Below are positions 21,152-31,029 of a stretch of DNA of 64,000 bases, piece by piece. Origin of the DNA: a virus (lineage: Duplodnaviria; Caudoviricetes); IMG/VR virus record IMGVR_UViG_3300028591_000070, positions 288,001 through 352,000 of that record, one strand, 5' to 3'. The position numbers and the translations under genes were made by a program. Position 1 is the first letter of the stretch, and the number at the start of each line of letters is the position of its first letter. The notes under the pieces are model-generated. The model saw only the letters and a program-made list of their open reading frames with translations. It was not told the DNA's origin and made no database searches.

Positions 21152-22033
21152 TTACTCCTCATCGTCGTCAGCTTCTGCTTCAGCTTTTTCTTCTTCAGTT
21201 GCATCTTCTGCACCTGAGAAATCAAGCTCTGAGAACATACTTGCAAATGGATTTTCACCATCTTCACCACCGAAAATAGCAGCGAATGGATTTGCATCTG
21301 TCTTTCCACCAAACATTCCACCCATCATCTGCATCATAACCATCTGACCAAACATGTTTCCACCACCAAATGGACTGCAAGCATCTGCGACGTTTCCGCC
21401 ATTCATCATACCATTCATCATCTGGCTCATGAGCTGCATTTTAAACATCTGGCCAAACATGTTACCATTAGATGCCATACCTTTAAAGGGACACCAGATT
21501 TTAGCATAGAAGAATACTTTTCCCATAAGGATGTGACGTTCTGGAAGAACCTGCTTAAGTTCGTTGTCTTCATAGTCAAGAGCTGTAATAACTCCGTTAT
21601 CAACCTTGATTACAAAGCGTGGTACGCGGCGGTCACCTTTCTGCATAAGAATAATATCACCAACCTGAAGTGTATTTGTTGGAATAAGCCAGAACATGTT
21701 GAACATGTCAAAAGCGAAAGAACCAACATTTGTCAAGCGGTTTTTTTTAGCATCATAAGTTTTGTAACCACTTGGTGTCTTAATTGCAATTTTACCATTC
21801 ATACCGAGCTTGCACTTTCCTGCCTCGATAGGACCAAACATTCCCTTAAACATCTTACCCATGTCACCCATACCAAAATCGTTCATATCTTTATTCTCCT
21901 TGGGATTTTCTTCCCCATTATTATATTCAATTGAGTAGGAAGGTCTGCTGTACCTAGGTATCATAATCATTCCTTCCTCGCCATAATTCATTCTACTAAA
22001 ATCTGCAAACCTTGTCCAATTTGCTACACTCAT
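21152..22033 (-). CDS. hypothetical protein with Met/Gly-rich and acidic tail
   Basis: 293-aa ORF in NAD/vWA operon; low-complexity MMNGMMNGG region. Confidence 0.7.
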   Translation of the reverse strand: MSVANWTRFADFSRMNYGEEGMIMIPRYSRPSYSIEYNNGEENPKENKDMNDFGMGDMGKMFKGMFGPIEAGKCKLGMNGKIAIKTPSGYKTYDAKKNRLTNVGSFAFDMFNMFWLIPTNTLQVGDIILMQKGDRRVPRFVIKVDNGVITALDYEDNELKQVLPERHILMGKVFFYAKIWCPFKGMASNGNMFGQMFKMQLMSQMMNGMMNGGNVADACSPFGGGNMFGQMVMMQMMGGMFGGKTDANPFAAIFGGEDGENPFASMFSELDFSGAEDATEEEKAEAEADDDEE

Positions 22034-22512
22034 AGTAATTTGGCCTTTTTCTTAAGATAAGCTCTTACTAGCATAAGAGTAAATCCAAGAAGGTTTTGTC
22101 CTTGCCACTTTGAAATATCCTGAACCCTTGGGTCATCTTCAGCCATATGAATAGCCCAAATGTTATCAGTAGGATTACATTCAACAAGAATATCATCACC
22201 TGTGTCAAGAAGTTGCTTTGCCAAATCTGGATTTTGTTCAAACTTAGCTTTAAGACCTTCATACACTACAATTTGACGAACACCATTCCAAACAGTGTCG
22301 TTATAATTGCGCACTTTTCTACCAAGACCTTTAATTTCGCTTGGAGAGGTTGAAGCCAGAATTTTCTGAGCAATTTCATCATCTCCAAAAGTCTTAGCTT
22401 TCTGATACATCATCCACTGTTCACTGTTGATAAACTTTACTCCATCAACAGTAAATTCGCTTTTGTACCAGTTACTTAAGAAACCTTTCAAAAAAGGATG
22501 GATTTTAGCCAT
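22030..22512 (-). CDS. NADAR family (YbiA-like) protein
   Basis: FLSNWY, SEQWMMYQKA, KGLGRKV, KAKFEQN, W.GQNLLG..LM.VR. Confidence 0.92.
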   Translation of the reverse strand: MAKIHPFLKGFLSNWYKSEFTVDGVKFINSEQWMMYQKAKTFGDDEIAQKILASTSPSEIKGLGRKVRNYNDTVWNGVRQIVVYEGLKAKFEQNPDLAKQLLDTGDDILVECNPTDNIWAIHMAEDDPRVQDISKWQGQNLLGFTLMLVRAYLKKKAKLL

Positions 22513-22515
22513 ATA

Positions 22516-23325
22516 TTACAACTCCTTGAAATAATCTACCATTCCTGAGTCAGGATGTGGCATCTGAATAATTTCAATCTTAAACTTCATCTTGTTATAG
22601 AGTTTAACAATTCGATTAATTTCATCTACTGTAAAATCAACTTCATCCATTTCTCTACGAATAAAATGGTCCAATCTTTCATATGTGAAGTTTGGAATAT
22701 CCAACTGCTTAGAAAGATTCTGCTCATCTGTTGAGCCACACATTCCATCATCTGGAGCTTTCATAACCAAATCTTCTGGAGCACCCAAAGCCAAACCAAT
22801 CTGTCTTACTTCTGAAACAGTGTAGTCACAAATTGGACCATAACTTCCGGCGCTATCTCCATAGAATGTTGAATATCCAAGGACATCTTCGCTGCGGTTG
22901 CAAGTGTTCAAAACACGACCACCAAGAATTGCTGCAACTCCATAAAGAGTTGTCATTCGCAATCTCGCAGGAGTATTTGTAGAATACTGGCTTGGAATTT
23001 CATTGTTAAGAACTCCATTTGATACATCATCCATAAGGTTGACACAAATGGCTCCTGTAAGAGCTCTATAAGCATCACCAATATTTACAGTCAAATTCTT
23101 AATTCCAAGTAATTCACAAACTCTCTTTGAGTCGGCTATGTCCTTCTGTTCGCCATTAGGCATCATAACTCCAACAACATTTTCCTTACCATAAGCTTTT
23201 ACAGCAAGGTAAGCTACGACTGTTGAGTCTTTTCCACCTGAAATACCAATTACGGCCTTTCCAGATGGATTAGATGCTCTCAAGCCATTTACAATATTTT
23301 CAATAGCAAGATTAGCATCAAACAT
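22516..23325 (-). CDS. nadE: NH3-dependent NAD+ synthetase
   Basis: GISGGKDS, ARLRMTTLY, TCNRSE..GYSTFYGD, KAPDDG. Confidence 0.92.
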   Translation of the reverse strand: MFDANLAIENIVNGLRASNPSGKAVIGISGGKDSTVVAYLAVKAYGKENVVGVMMPNGEQKDIADSKRVCELLGIKNLTVNIGDAYRALTGAICVNLMDDVSNGVLNNEIPSQYSTNTPARLRMTTLYGVAAILGGRVLNTCNRSEDVLGYSTFYGDSAGSYGPICDYTVSEVRQIGLALGAPEDLVMKAPDDGMCGSTDEQNLSKQLDIPNFTYERLDHFIRREMDEVDFTVDEINRIVKLYNKMKFKIEIIQMPHPDSGMVDYFKEL

Positions 23326-23327
23326 AA

Positions 23328-24800
23328 CTACTCAATCTCCTTAGCAAGGCGGGCACGAATATCCATCAAATTCTGGCGGTTGAAATAAACACCATTTACG
23401 AAAACAACCTGCATTTCATCTTTGTGAGCTGCAGCAAGTTTATCATATTCATGTTCAGTCAAACCATCTGTTGCAACATAGTCATTTCCAACTTTTTCAA
23501 CAAAAACCAAACCTTTGTGAGATTTCTTAAGTTTTGCTGTATCAGTTTTTGGATCTTTTACAACTTCAAGTTCGCGGCCGTCCATAAGCTGAATATATGT
23601 AGTTTTCTGTGCAAAACCGAAAGTATCACGAGTTGATACAATCATCTTGTCACCTTCAAAGAAAGCATGGAAACAGAAAGCACCTACACCAAAGAGACAG
23701 TTTGTTGCGGCAAACTTCATTTCTTCAAGCTTTTTCCAGATTTTTTCAACCTGTTTAAGAGTACATCCATCACCGAGGATCATTCCAACATGTGGATTTA
23801 ATACCTTGTAACCCTTCTTGTTTTCAGTACCACCAAATGTTTCCCAAAGAGACTGAACTGTCTGGATAACATTTTCATACTGGTCACCAGAGTCTGGACG
23901 AATAAGGATTTTACCTTCGTGAGCAAGAATTTCTTCTTTAATTTCAGGAAGAACATTCTTTACAATGTCCCAATAATCATAAGTATCGGCAACATAGCTG
24001 AAGTTTTTGTACTGCTTAAGAAGCTTGAGAATAAGCTCTTTTTCAGAAGTGCCAACAGCAACATTTGAACTTACTACAGAGTGTTCAATTGAAACTGCAC
24101 CAATTCCAAGGTGATTGTAAGAACAATCAGCATTGTAGAAATAATCAAGCCAAGAAATAGCAGGAACTGTTGAAGTCTTATTGAATGAAATCAACCAAGA
24201 AGCAGAAGTTTTACAAGCTTCTTCCATACAAGACATTCCGCGCATTCCAAAGTCTGAAGCAGCCATACGAGGGTCAGCACCATCTGTTGTTTTGTCATAC
24301 CACTTCTTTGCGATTTTGTAGTACATATAACCAGCAGTTGCGTCATTACAAGGCTTCCAAACTTCACCCTGCAACCAGCATTCTGTCCACTGAGCCAACC
24401 AAGCAAAATCAGGGTCTGTATTTTCTACAGAAGCGATAGGAACTCCCATATTTACAAGAGAACCTTCTGGAAGAGCTTTAATCTTAAGTGGAAGATAACC
24501 GAGACGATGCAGCTTTTCAATGTGGCTTGTTTCATAGTTTCCTGGGCCAAGCTGAAGATTCATCTTCTTTTCATAATCTGCGATTACTTCAGAAGTAGGC
24601 TTAGCAAACCAAGCATCTGCATTTTCTTTGAAATTTTTAATAAAGGCTTGAATACCGAAAACAACAACTTTCTGCTGTTTTTCGAACATAGATTTGCGGG
24701 GAACAAGATAACTAACGAGTTTAGTCATCCCTTTTGGATAAACGTCAACATGACAGTTTTTGTAGGTGTCAGCTACATCAGGCATCATAAAATGAAACAT
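23328..24800 (-). CDS. nicotinamide/nicotinate phosphoribosyltransferase family (NAMPT/Namat-like)
   Basis: DTYK..H, DFGMRG, EHSV, DTYDYW, IRPDSGD, GVGA, KDPKTD, KKSHKG. Confidence 0.9.
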   Translation of the reverse strand: MFHFMMPDVADTYKNCHVDVYPKGMTKLVSYLVPRKSMFEKQQKVVVFGIQAFIKNFKENADAWFAKPTSEVIADYEKKMNLQLGPGNYETSHIEKLHRLGYLPLKIKALPEGSLVNMGVPIASVENTDPDFAWLAQWTECWLQGEVWKPCNDATAGYMYYKIAKKWYDKTTDGADPRMAASDFGMRGMSCMEEACKTSASWLISFNKTSTVPAISWLDYFYNADCSYNHLGIGAVSIEHSVVSSNVAVGTSEKELILKLLKQYKNFSYVADTYDYWDIVKNVLPEIKEEILAHEGKILIRPDSGDQYENVIQTVQSLWETFGGTENKKGYKVLNPHVGMILGDGCTLKQVEKIWKKLEEMKFAATNCLFGVGAFCFHAFFEGDKMIVSTRDTFGFAQKTTYIQLMDGRELEVVKDPKTDTAKLKKSHKGLVFVEKVGNDYVATDGLTEHEYDKLAAAHKDEMQVVFVNGVYFNRQNLMDIRARLAKEIE

Positions 24801-24809
24801 AATTTTTTA

Positions 24810-24902
24810 TCTCCTATATAAGTCGAATATGTTTTTTGATAGTCACTAAGAACTGTGCCACCTAATTATGGTTATTCTTAGCAACATCTAAATTATATTA
24901 AC
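24810..24902 (-). promoter_or_regulatory. GTTAATAT promoter plus structured 5' leader, copy A
   Basis: stem gttgctaagaa/ttcttagtgac enclosing TAACCATAA..GTGG, then TCGACTTATATAGGAGA; similar to 26555-26657. Confidence 0.6.
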
Positions 24903-25683
24903 AGACTTCTACGAAGTCGTTAGTACCACGGTAAATTGAATTTGTAGTAAATACTTTTGTAATTCCAGCTTCTTTAAGAGCATCAATATCAATTACATTT
25001 TCGCAGTGTGAAATGTAGAGATATACATCTTTTGCTCCAAGCTTTTTAAGCTCAATAGCTGAATATTTGAAAGTACCACCTTTTGAACAAATATCATCAA
25101 TGATGAGAATGTTCTTATCTTTGATAGCTTCTGGATTTCCCTTAATTTCAAGACCAAGGATTTTTCCGCTGCGCCAATCACGAGTTTTTTCACCAACTAC
25201 GATTTCATAATTTTCTTTAACTATATCCAAAGTAGAATAGCGTTTACAAGCACCAGCATCTGGGAACATAATTGTCTCAACATCAAGTGGAAGTTCTTTC
25301 AAGAAGTTTTCAATTGTCTGAAGTCCATTGTCCTGAATATTATCGATAAGAGCGCGAGAAACATCTGAGTGTGCATTATCAACAATAACAGCCTTAAAAT
25401 CCATTGCATTTAAAACTTTTGCAAAAGACTTAAGAGTAAATACTTCATCTGGATTTTTAACACGATCCATTCGTGCATTTGGAATATAAGGCATCTCCAA
25501 GAAAAGATTGCAGCCTTTATAAAAATCAGCAATACATTGAAGAGTGAAAAGTTCACTCATAGAGTCAAACAACCAAGTTACAGTTATCTGCTGATTATTT
25601 TTAATCTTAGGGTCAAGTCGAAAAAGTGGAGTTCCATCAGGAAAGTTTTCAACTTTAATTTTAATGTCATTTACTTTAATCAA
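24898..25683 (-). CDS. ribose-phosphate pyrophosphokinase-like (Prs/Adps-like)
   Basis: FPDG, MPYIPNARMDR, HSDV, FPDAGA, IIDDICSKGGTF. Confidence 0.9.
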   Translation of the reverse strand: MIKVNDIKIKVENFPDGTPLFRLDPKIKNNQQITVTWLFDSMSELFTLQCIADFYKGCNLFLEMPYIPNARMDRVKNPDEVFTLKSFAKVLNAMDFKAVIVDNAHSDVSRALIDNIQDNGLQTIENFLKELPLDVETIMFPDAGACKRYSTLDIVKENYEIVVGEKTRDWRSGKILGLEIKGNPEAIKDKNILIIDDICSKGGTFKYSAIELKKLGAKDVYLYISHCENVIDIDALKEAGITKVFTTNSIYRGTNDFVEVC

Positions 25684-25996
25684 AGGTTTTTCCTCATATC
25701 CGCCGGCAAAAGCCGGCTGGAATATTAGCGACGCTTACGAGGAGTTCTTCCCCACATCTGCATCTGTTTTACAAAAAAATCATACAACTCGTTAAAGTCG
25801 TGATTACCTTCACTGGCAACAAGAGCGATATACTCTCGTGCGTCCGCTACATCTTCAGAGCACTTAGCTCGGCCGATGTAGTTTTTGATAATTCTTTTAG
25901 GATTATCAATAGCATCCTTCTTTGTGAAGGAGTCTACACCAAGGTTCTTTTTATCCAAGACCTTTCCTCCATAAATAGATTATACCAAGAGTTGGA

Positions 25997-26545
25997 TTAT
26001 TTTACAAAAATTTGTTGTGATTTAAGTACATTCATTGCAGATTTTTGACCTTCTTCAGAGAGGTCAGCACAACAAGAGCTATCAACTATTATTGGCATTT
26101 CTGGAAAAAATGACTTAAGTAAAGTGGCGTTACTACAAACACAGATTGATGAAACTGTTCCAATAATTTCAATCTCTTCAGGGAAGTCACCAGGCTGATT
26201 ATTTTCATCATTGAAAAGTTCGTTAAATTTAGCTTTCCAGTCTTTATAGCCAAATGTAGGCTTGTCAACAATAAATGCATTTTTTGCAAATTCCTGAAGT
26301 TCTGGAACGATTTCCCAACCTTTTGTACCTTCAATGCAGTGTTCAACTGGAAGATTTTTTCCTTCCTGTGTTTCAAGATAATTTTTTTGATGTGTATCGC
26401 GAGTAAAAATAAGATATGTGTAGTCTTTAGCTTTAAGCTTTTCTACAATATTTGGAATGATTTTTTCTGCGGCAGGATTTGCCAAAGAACCAGTTACGAA
26501 GTCGTTTTGCATATCAACGACAATAAGAAGTTTGTTTTTCTTCAT
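25997..26545 (-). CDS. pncA: nicotinamidase (isochorismatase family)
   Basis: VVDMQNDF, TRDTH, HC..GT.GW, KPTFG, SSICV. Confidence 0.88.
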   Translation of the reverse strand: MKKNKLLIVVDMQNDFVTGSLANPAAEKIIPNIVEKLKAKDYTYLIFTRDTHQKNYLETQEGKNLPVEHCIEGTKGWEIVPELQEFAKNAFIVDKPTFGYKDWKAKFNELFNDENNQPGDFPEEIEIIGTVSSICVCSNATLLKSFFPEMPIIVDSSCCADLSEEGQKSAMNVLKSQQIFVK

Positions 26546-26554
26546 GTTTTCTTT

Positions 26555-26657
26555 TCTCCTATATAAATCGAAAATAGTTTAGTTTACTAAGAGAAGATCC
26601 GACCAACTTTTCTTATGGCTAATCTTCTCATTCAACTAGGTATATAATTATATTAAC
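26555..26657 (-). promoter_or_regulatory. GTTAATAT promoter plus structured 5' leader, copy B
   Basis: stem gagaagat/atcttctc enclosing TAGCCATAA..GTTGG, then TCGATTTATATAGGAGA. Confidence 0.6.
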
Positions 26658-26693
26658 ATATATCCCTATAAAGAATATACATTAATATTTAAA

Positions 26694-27416
26694 TTAGTTC
26701 ATTTGAAAATACTCATTAGCTTTCATACCAGGCCAATAAGCTCTTTCATCTTCTCTATCACTATTTTTAAGTTTTTCAAAATGTTCGTCCATTTTAGTAA
26801 AGACATTCTGAAGAATTTCTAATTTGTTAAACTTTGTAAGAGCATTAATAAATGTTTTATAGTATTCTTCATAGATGCGTTCATGCTGACCTTCACCATA
26901 ATCAAGGTCGATATAAGTATCTTTGAATAAATGATTTTCTACGACATAATGATATGTAGCTGCAACAAGATTTTTAATATCAATCCATTCATTTCTAGAT
27001 GAACCTACGAAAAGTTGATAAACTTCAGACTCTGGAGGATTTTCGAATTCTGAATATATTTCACTTATTTCAGCGTCTTCATCGTCAATGCTGTCATAAT
27101 ATAAATGACCTTCATAATCTGGAGCACCAACATATTTATGAGTACCTTTATGACCTATCCATTTAAGGCCAAAAGTATCAGTAAACTCATACTCATGTAA
27201 TCCAAACTGTTCAGCATCTCTTTCTAGAGAATAAAAATCTGGTGGATTAAGGTCATTGTTTTTATAAATACTATCAGACCTACGAGCTCTAGTGGCCATA
27301 TAAATTTTGTTCCATTCTGTTTGCTCTTCTACAGAACCAGTATATGGTCGCCATTCCCATTTTTCTGGAAAATACTTTACATAATTGTTATAATATCTTC
27401 TAACTTCTCTGCTCAT
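26694..27416 (-). CDS. hypothetical protein
   Basis: 240-aa ORF, TAATG-coupled to upstream gene. Confidence 0.7.
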   Translation of the reverse strand: MSREVRRYYNNYVKYFPEKWEWRPYTGSVEEQTEWNKIYMATRARRSDSIYKNNDLNPPDFYSLERDAEQFGLHEYEFTDTFGLKWIGHKGTHKYVGAPDYEGHLYYDSIDDEDAEISEIYSEFENPPESEVYQLFVGSSRNEWIDIKNLVAATYHYVVENHLFKDTYIDLDYGEGQHERIYEEYYKTFINALTKFNKLEILQNVFTKMDEHFEKLKNSDREDERAYWPGMKANEYFQMN

Positions 27417-27895
27417 TACTTATCCTTCAATTCACAAGCATCTAATACCATCTTACAAGTATTCTCAAAAGCTTTATACAACACATCTTTATCAATCTCA
27501 ATCGGGCTTTTAAGGCCACCACTACGTGCTAAAGCTGCTGCTGTACAATCAGCGATCATTTCTAAAACATCAACTAGATCAACATCTTCTGGACAATGAT
27601 CTTTAATATGGTGTCTCTCATCTTTAATATGGTTTTTATACCAATCCATTTCTGTAAACTTTTTATTGTTTTTTCTGGCATCTGTAAACTCTTCATAAAA
27701 CTGTTTTTCTCTTTCTTTTTTAGTCCAGTCATGAGTTTTACCAGTGTCTTGGATCATTTTTGCCAAAGAGTTCATAATATTAGAAACATCTTTGATATGC
27801 ATGTCATTTGCTTTCTGAAATTCTTCAAAAGAAACATCACCTTTTGCAGTGCGAGTATCTCCATTTGGAGACTTTATAATTGTTACCTTATTCAT
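27416..27895 (-). CDS. HD-domain protein (DUF5662-like), second copy
   Basis: HDWTK, ERHH, DLVDVLEMIADC. Confidence 0.75.
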   Translation of the reverse strand: MNKVTIIKSPNGDTRTAKGDVSFEEFQKANDMHIKDVSNIMNSLAKMIQDTGKTHDWTKKEREKQFYEEFTDARKNNKKFTEMDWYKNHIKDERHHIKDHCPEDVDLVDVLEMIADCTAAALARSGGLKSPIEIDKDVLYKAFENTCKMVLDACELKDK

Positions 27896-27899
27896 AAAG

Positions 27900-28598
27900 T
27901 TATATTAACTTACAATTTTTATCGCAATGAGTTTTAGTTATTACAAACTTTTTGTTTTCAAAATCAACATGTCCAATGATATGAGTAATCTTTTTACTAC
28001 AACTAAAAGTAAGAAGTCCTTGGTCGACAAATATATCTACTCCACTTGTAGTATTTAAACATACCGACTTAAATAAAGGTTTTATTCTAAAATGATTTAA
28101 TCGTTCAGTAATTTCTTTTTTAAGAGCTTTATCTTGAATACTTGAGTCTATAAAAAAATTTGTTGAAAATAAACATTTATTAATTATTTCTTCCGTAAGA
28201 AGATTAATATTATCTTTTGTTACTATAAATATTTTACTGTCAAGTGGGTTTTTAATAAGATCTTCTACTGAAAGAATATGCTTAAATGTAAAAACTGGTA
28301 ATTGACCTTCAAAAGGCACATTATTCATAGTAATAGTCACCATCTTATTTTTAGAAAAGTCATTTATACTCTGAATAGTTTCTTTAGAAAAATTTTGTTT
28401 ATCATCTCCTAAAAGAAATTGAACTTCAGAAGTTGAATAATCTCTATTTAGAATATTTAATACTACTTTTAATTTATAATTAAATTCTTCATCTGAAATA
28501 GATTTTTTAGAAACTATCTCTTTATTTAAAAGACAATATTCACAATTATGATGACATTTTGCTGTAGGAAATATAGAAATCTTATTTAGAGTTATCAT
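27900..28598 (-). CDS. degenerate radical SAM-like protein
   Basis: N-terminal CxxxCxxC (CHHNCEYC) and C-terminal cysteines; short, very AT-rich. Confidence 0.5.
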   Translation of the reverse strand: MITLNKISIFPTAKCHHNCEYCLLNKEIVSKKSISDEEFNYKLKVVLNILNRDYSTSEVQFLLGDDKQNFSKETIQSINDFSKNKMVTITMNNVPFEGQLPVFTFKHILSVEDLIKNPLDSKIFIVTKDNINLLTEEIINKCLFSTNFFIDSSIQDKALKKEITERLNHFRIKPLFKSVCLNTTSGVDIFVDQGLLTFSCSKKITHIIGHVDFENKKFVITKTHCDKNCKLI

Positions 28599-29035
28599 AC
28601 TCTATATGACCACCTTCTTTGATTTGGATGCGCTTTTTTCCAAGCTTTTCGTGCACGCAATTCAGCATAATATGCACAACTTTTCTCATAATCTACTTTA
28701 TTAGCTCTAATTGAATATTCTTCTGGGTCATCGTTTTCCCAACCACCATCCATTTCATAGATTTTTTCCCAATCTTCAATGGAATGCTGCTCATAACCCA
28801 TATCCTTGCACATCCACCAAGGAGCAAGCATAATATTATTATGAGAAGCAAGATATTTTTCAGGAAGACCTTCAGGCTTTCCCAAATGAACTGGCATACA
28901 ATATGATACCGCAAAAAACTTTCCATCTTGATTTTTCCAAGCTTTCTGTGTCTGTGTTTTTCCTCTCAAATAAGGAATTGCACAATATTCTGTTGTTGCC
29001 ATATCTATTACCTCTCATAATAGATTATACTTTAA

Positions 29036-29878
29036 TTAGAGTATTTTTTCAATCTTAAAGTTGACCATATCATTGCTAAATGAAGGTAAAATAGCTTTAG
29101 CTGCTTTTTCTATCCAATAGAGTTCGTGTGTTACATAGTTTTCAAGATGTCCATCAGCATATAAACGAACACCACGAGCAACTCGTTCACCTTTATAGTG
29201 AATCTCATCAAACTCTATTCTGTCAGGCCGTACATCAATATCAACTCGAAGATTATTTATTTTATAGCAAAAACTTGCTCTGTCGCTATAATAACCATCA
29301 TAACCTTTTACATAAGGTGCGTACTTCATAAGAGCTAGTAAAACATCTTTTGATGGATTAGTATGCACAAGAGGTAATACAATTAAAACTGTGGTTAAAA
29401 TAGCCCAAAGTAAAATAGAGAAACATCTTACACCTTTAAAACCAGAGTCTAGCTCCTCATAAACCTGAAGACCTTTATCATCTGTATTTTGGTGTAAATA
29501 AAAACCATCTTTTTCCAAAGCTCTATGATAAATACTTTTATAAGAACCTAATGTAGAAGTTCTAGTTTTTTTATCATAATGATTATGATTAAACTTTATA
29601 CGAATAAACTTATATTGATTACTCAACAGTGGGCCAGCTTGTAGTGTCTGCTCGCCATTTTCATCATATAAACACCAAACATCACTTGAGTGTTTTCCAC
29701 AAGAACCCTTATCATCAACAGTGTATACTCTACCATCAATATCTGTAGCAAAAATAACGCCTTTCATGTGAGTACTTGCAGAATAAATAATAGATAAAAC
29801 CATTGTTGCAACAATAACAACCCATGTTATTGTCCAATAAGCAACTTTACCACCTGTAGTCTTTAAAGTCATTTGCAC
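29036..29878 (-). CDS. hypothetical membrane protein
   Basis: two TM segments flanking a soluble domain; same layout as 1161-2066. Confidence 0.65.
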   Translation of the reverse strand: MQMTLKTTGGKVAYWTITWVVIVATMVLSIIYSASTHMKGVIFATDIDGRVYTVDDKGSCGKHSSDVWCLYDENGEQTLQAGPLLSNQYKFIRIKFNHNHYDKKTRTSTLGSYKSIYHRALEKDGFYLHQNTDDKGLQVYEELDSGFKGVRCFSILLWAILTTVLIVLPLVHTNPSKDVLLALMKYAPYVKGYDGYYSDRASFCYKINNLRVDIDVRPDRIEFDEIHYKGERVARGVRLYADGHLENYVTHELYWIEKAAKAILPSFSNDMVNFKIEKIL

Positions 29879-30985
29879 GCTCCTTAGCCATAATATTTTG
29901 ATATTTACGCTCTACTTCTCGAACATATTCTTTTCGAGCTTCTAATTCTTTTTCATTCTTTTCTTTAATATTTGTAGGAAGTAAAAACAAAGTTTTCATA
30001 GCATTAAAGAAAAATACAAGTGGCACTATAGCTAAAAATATTGCATGGCCTATTGGCCAAAATATGAAATACAATACTGTAAATGCCGCCTCATCACCAT
30101 CTTCAAAAACAAACATCTCTTTTACAATGTCATAGTCATATGAAAATGGCTCAAATTTAAATGTAGCTACACGCCATAAGTTTTCATAAAGAGGTAATAA
30201 GAATATTGAAAAGCCTCCAACTATAAGATAACCAAAAACACCAAAAATGATTTTCAAAACTATAGGCATTTTTTACCCTCTCTTTCCATAATTTTCTTAT
30301 ATTCTCGTTCAACTTTTTCGATATACTCTCGTTCAGCCACTCGTTTTTCACTCTTTTTATATGAGATTTCAGAAGGAAGACTGAATAAAAGTTTCATAAC
30401 ATTAAAGAATAATACAATAGGCCAAATTACGAGAGCGATAACAAAAATAATTGGCCAAAAAAGATAATATACAAAACAAACTAAAAAGTCTTCATCATCA
30501 TACCAATCAAAAAGACTAGATACTATGTCAATATCATATTCCCAGCCAGAAAATTCAAGTTTAGCCATTTCCCAAAAATTTATCCAAATAGGAACCAAAA
30601 AAGTTGAAAGACAGCCTGTAAGAAGATAACCGAAAACTCCTAAAATAATTTTCAAAGCTAATGGCATATTCTACTCCTTCATAATTAGGGCTACTTTTTC
30701 ATTTACAGAAGCAATGTATCTCTTCTTTTTACCAAAGATATATTTAACCAGTGTAGGTAAATCTATTATAAAAAATGCAAATAGGAAAAAGATAAATATA
30801 GGCCATAAAAGGAATATAAGTGCTGGATGTGGGTTATCATTACCCTTATAAGTATAGTCCCACATTTCTTTGTAAGTGCCTGATTTTAAACGACTGTCTA
30901 ACATCCACACAATAGGTGGACAAATTAACATTGTAAAAAGAGCACATCCTAAATAACCTAAAATCCAATATAATGGTACAAGCAT
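29847..30985 (-). other. three tandem paralogous 2-TM proteins (29847-30269, 30260-30667, 30671-30985)
   Basis: shared MP/ML..L..I.G..GYL N-termini, [FL]WP in second TM and basic C-tails. Confidence 0.75.
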
Positions 30986-31029
30986 AATAATTTCCTAAAA
31001 ATAAGAGGGGCTTTGTAGCCCCTCATAAA

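Noticed and set aside
26573-26590. NrtR operator (TAGT-N7-ACTA) before pncA
   Set aside because: Present in only one of the two homologous leaders and no NrtR gene is seen in the window; kept only as an alternative within the leader finding.
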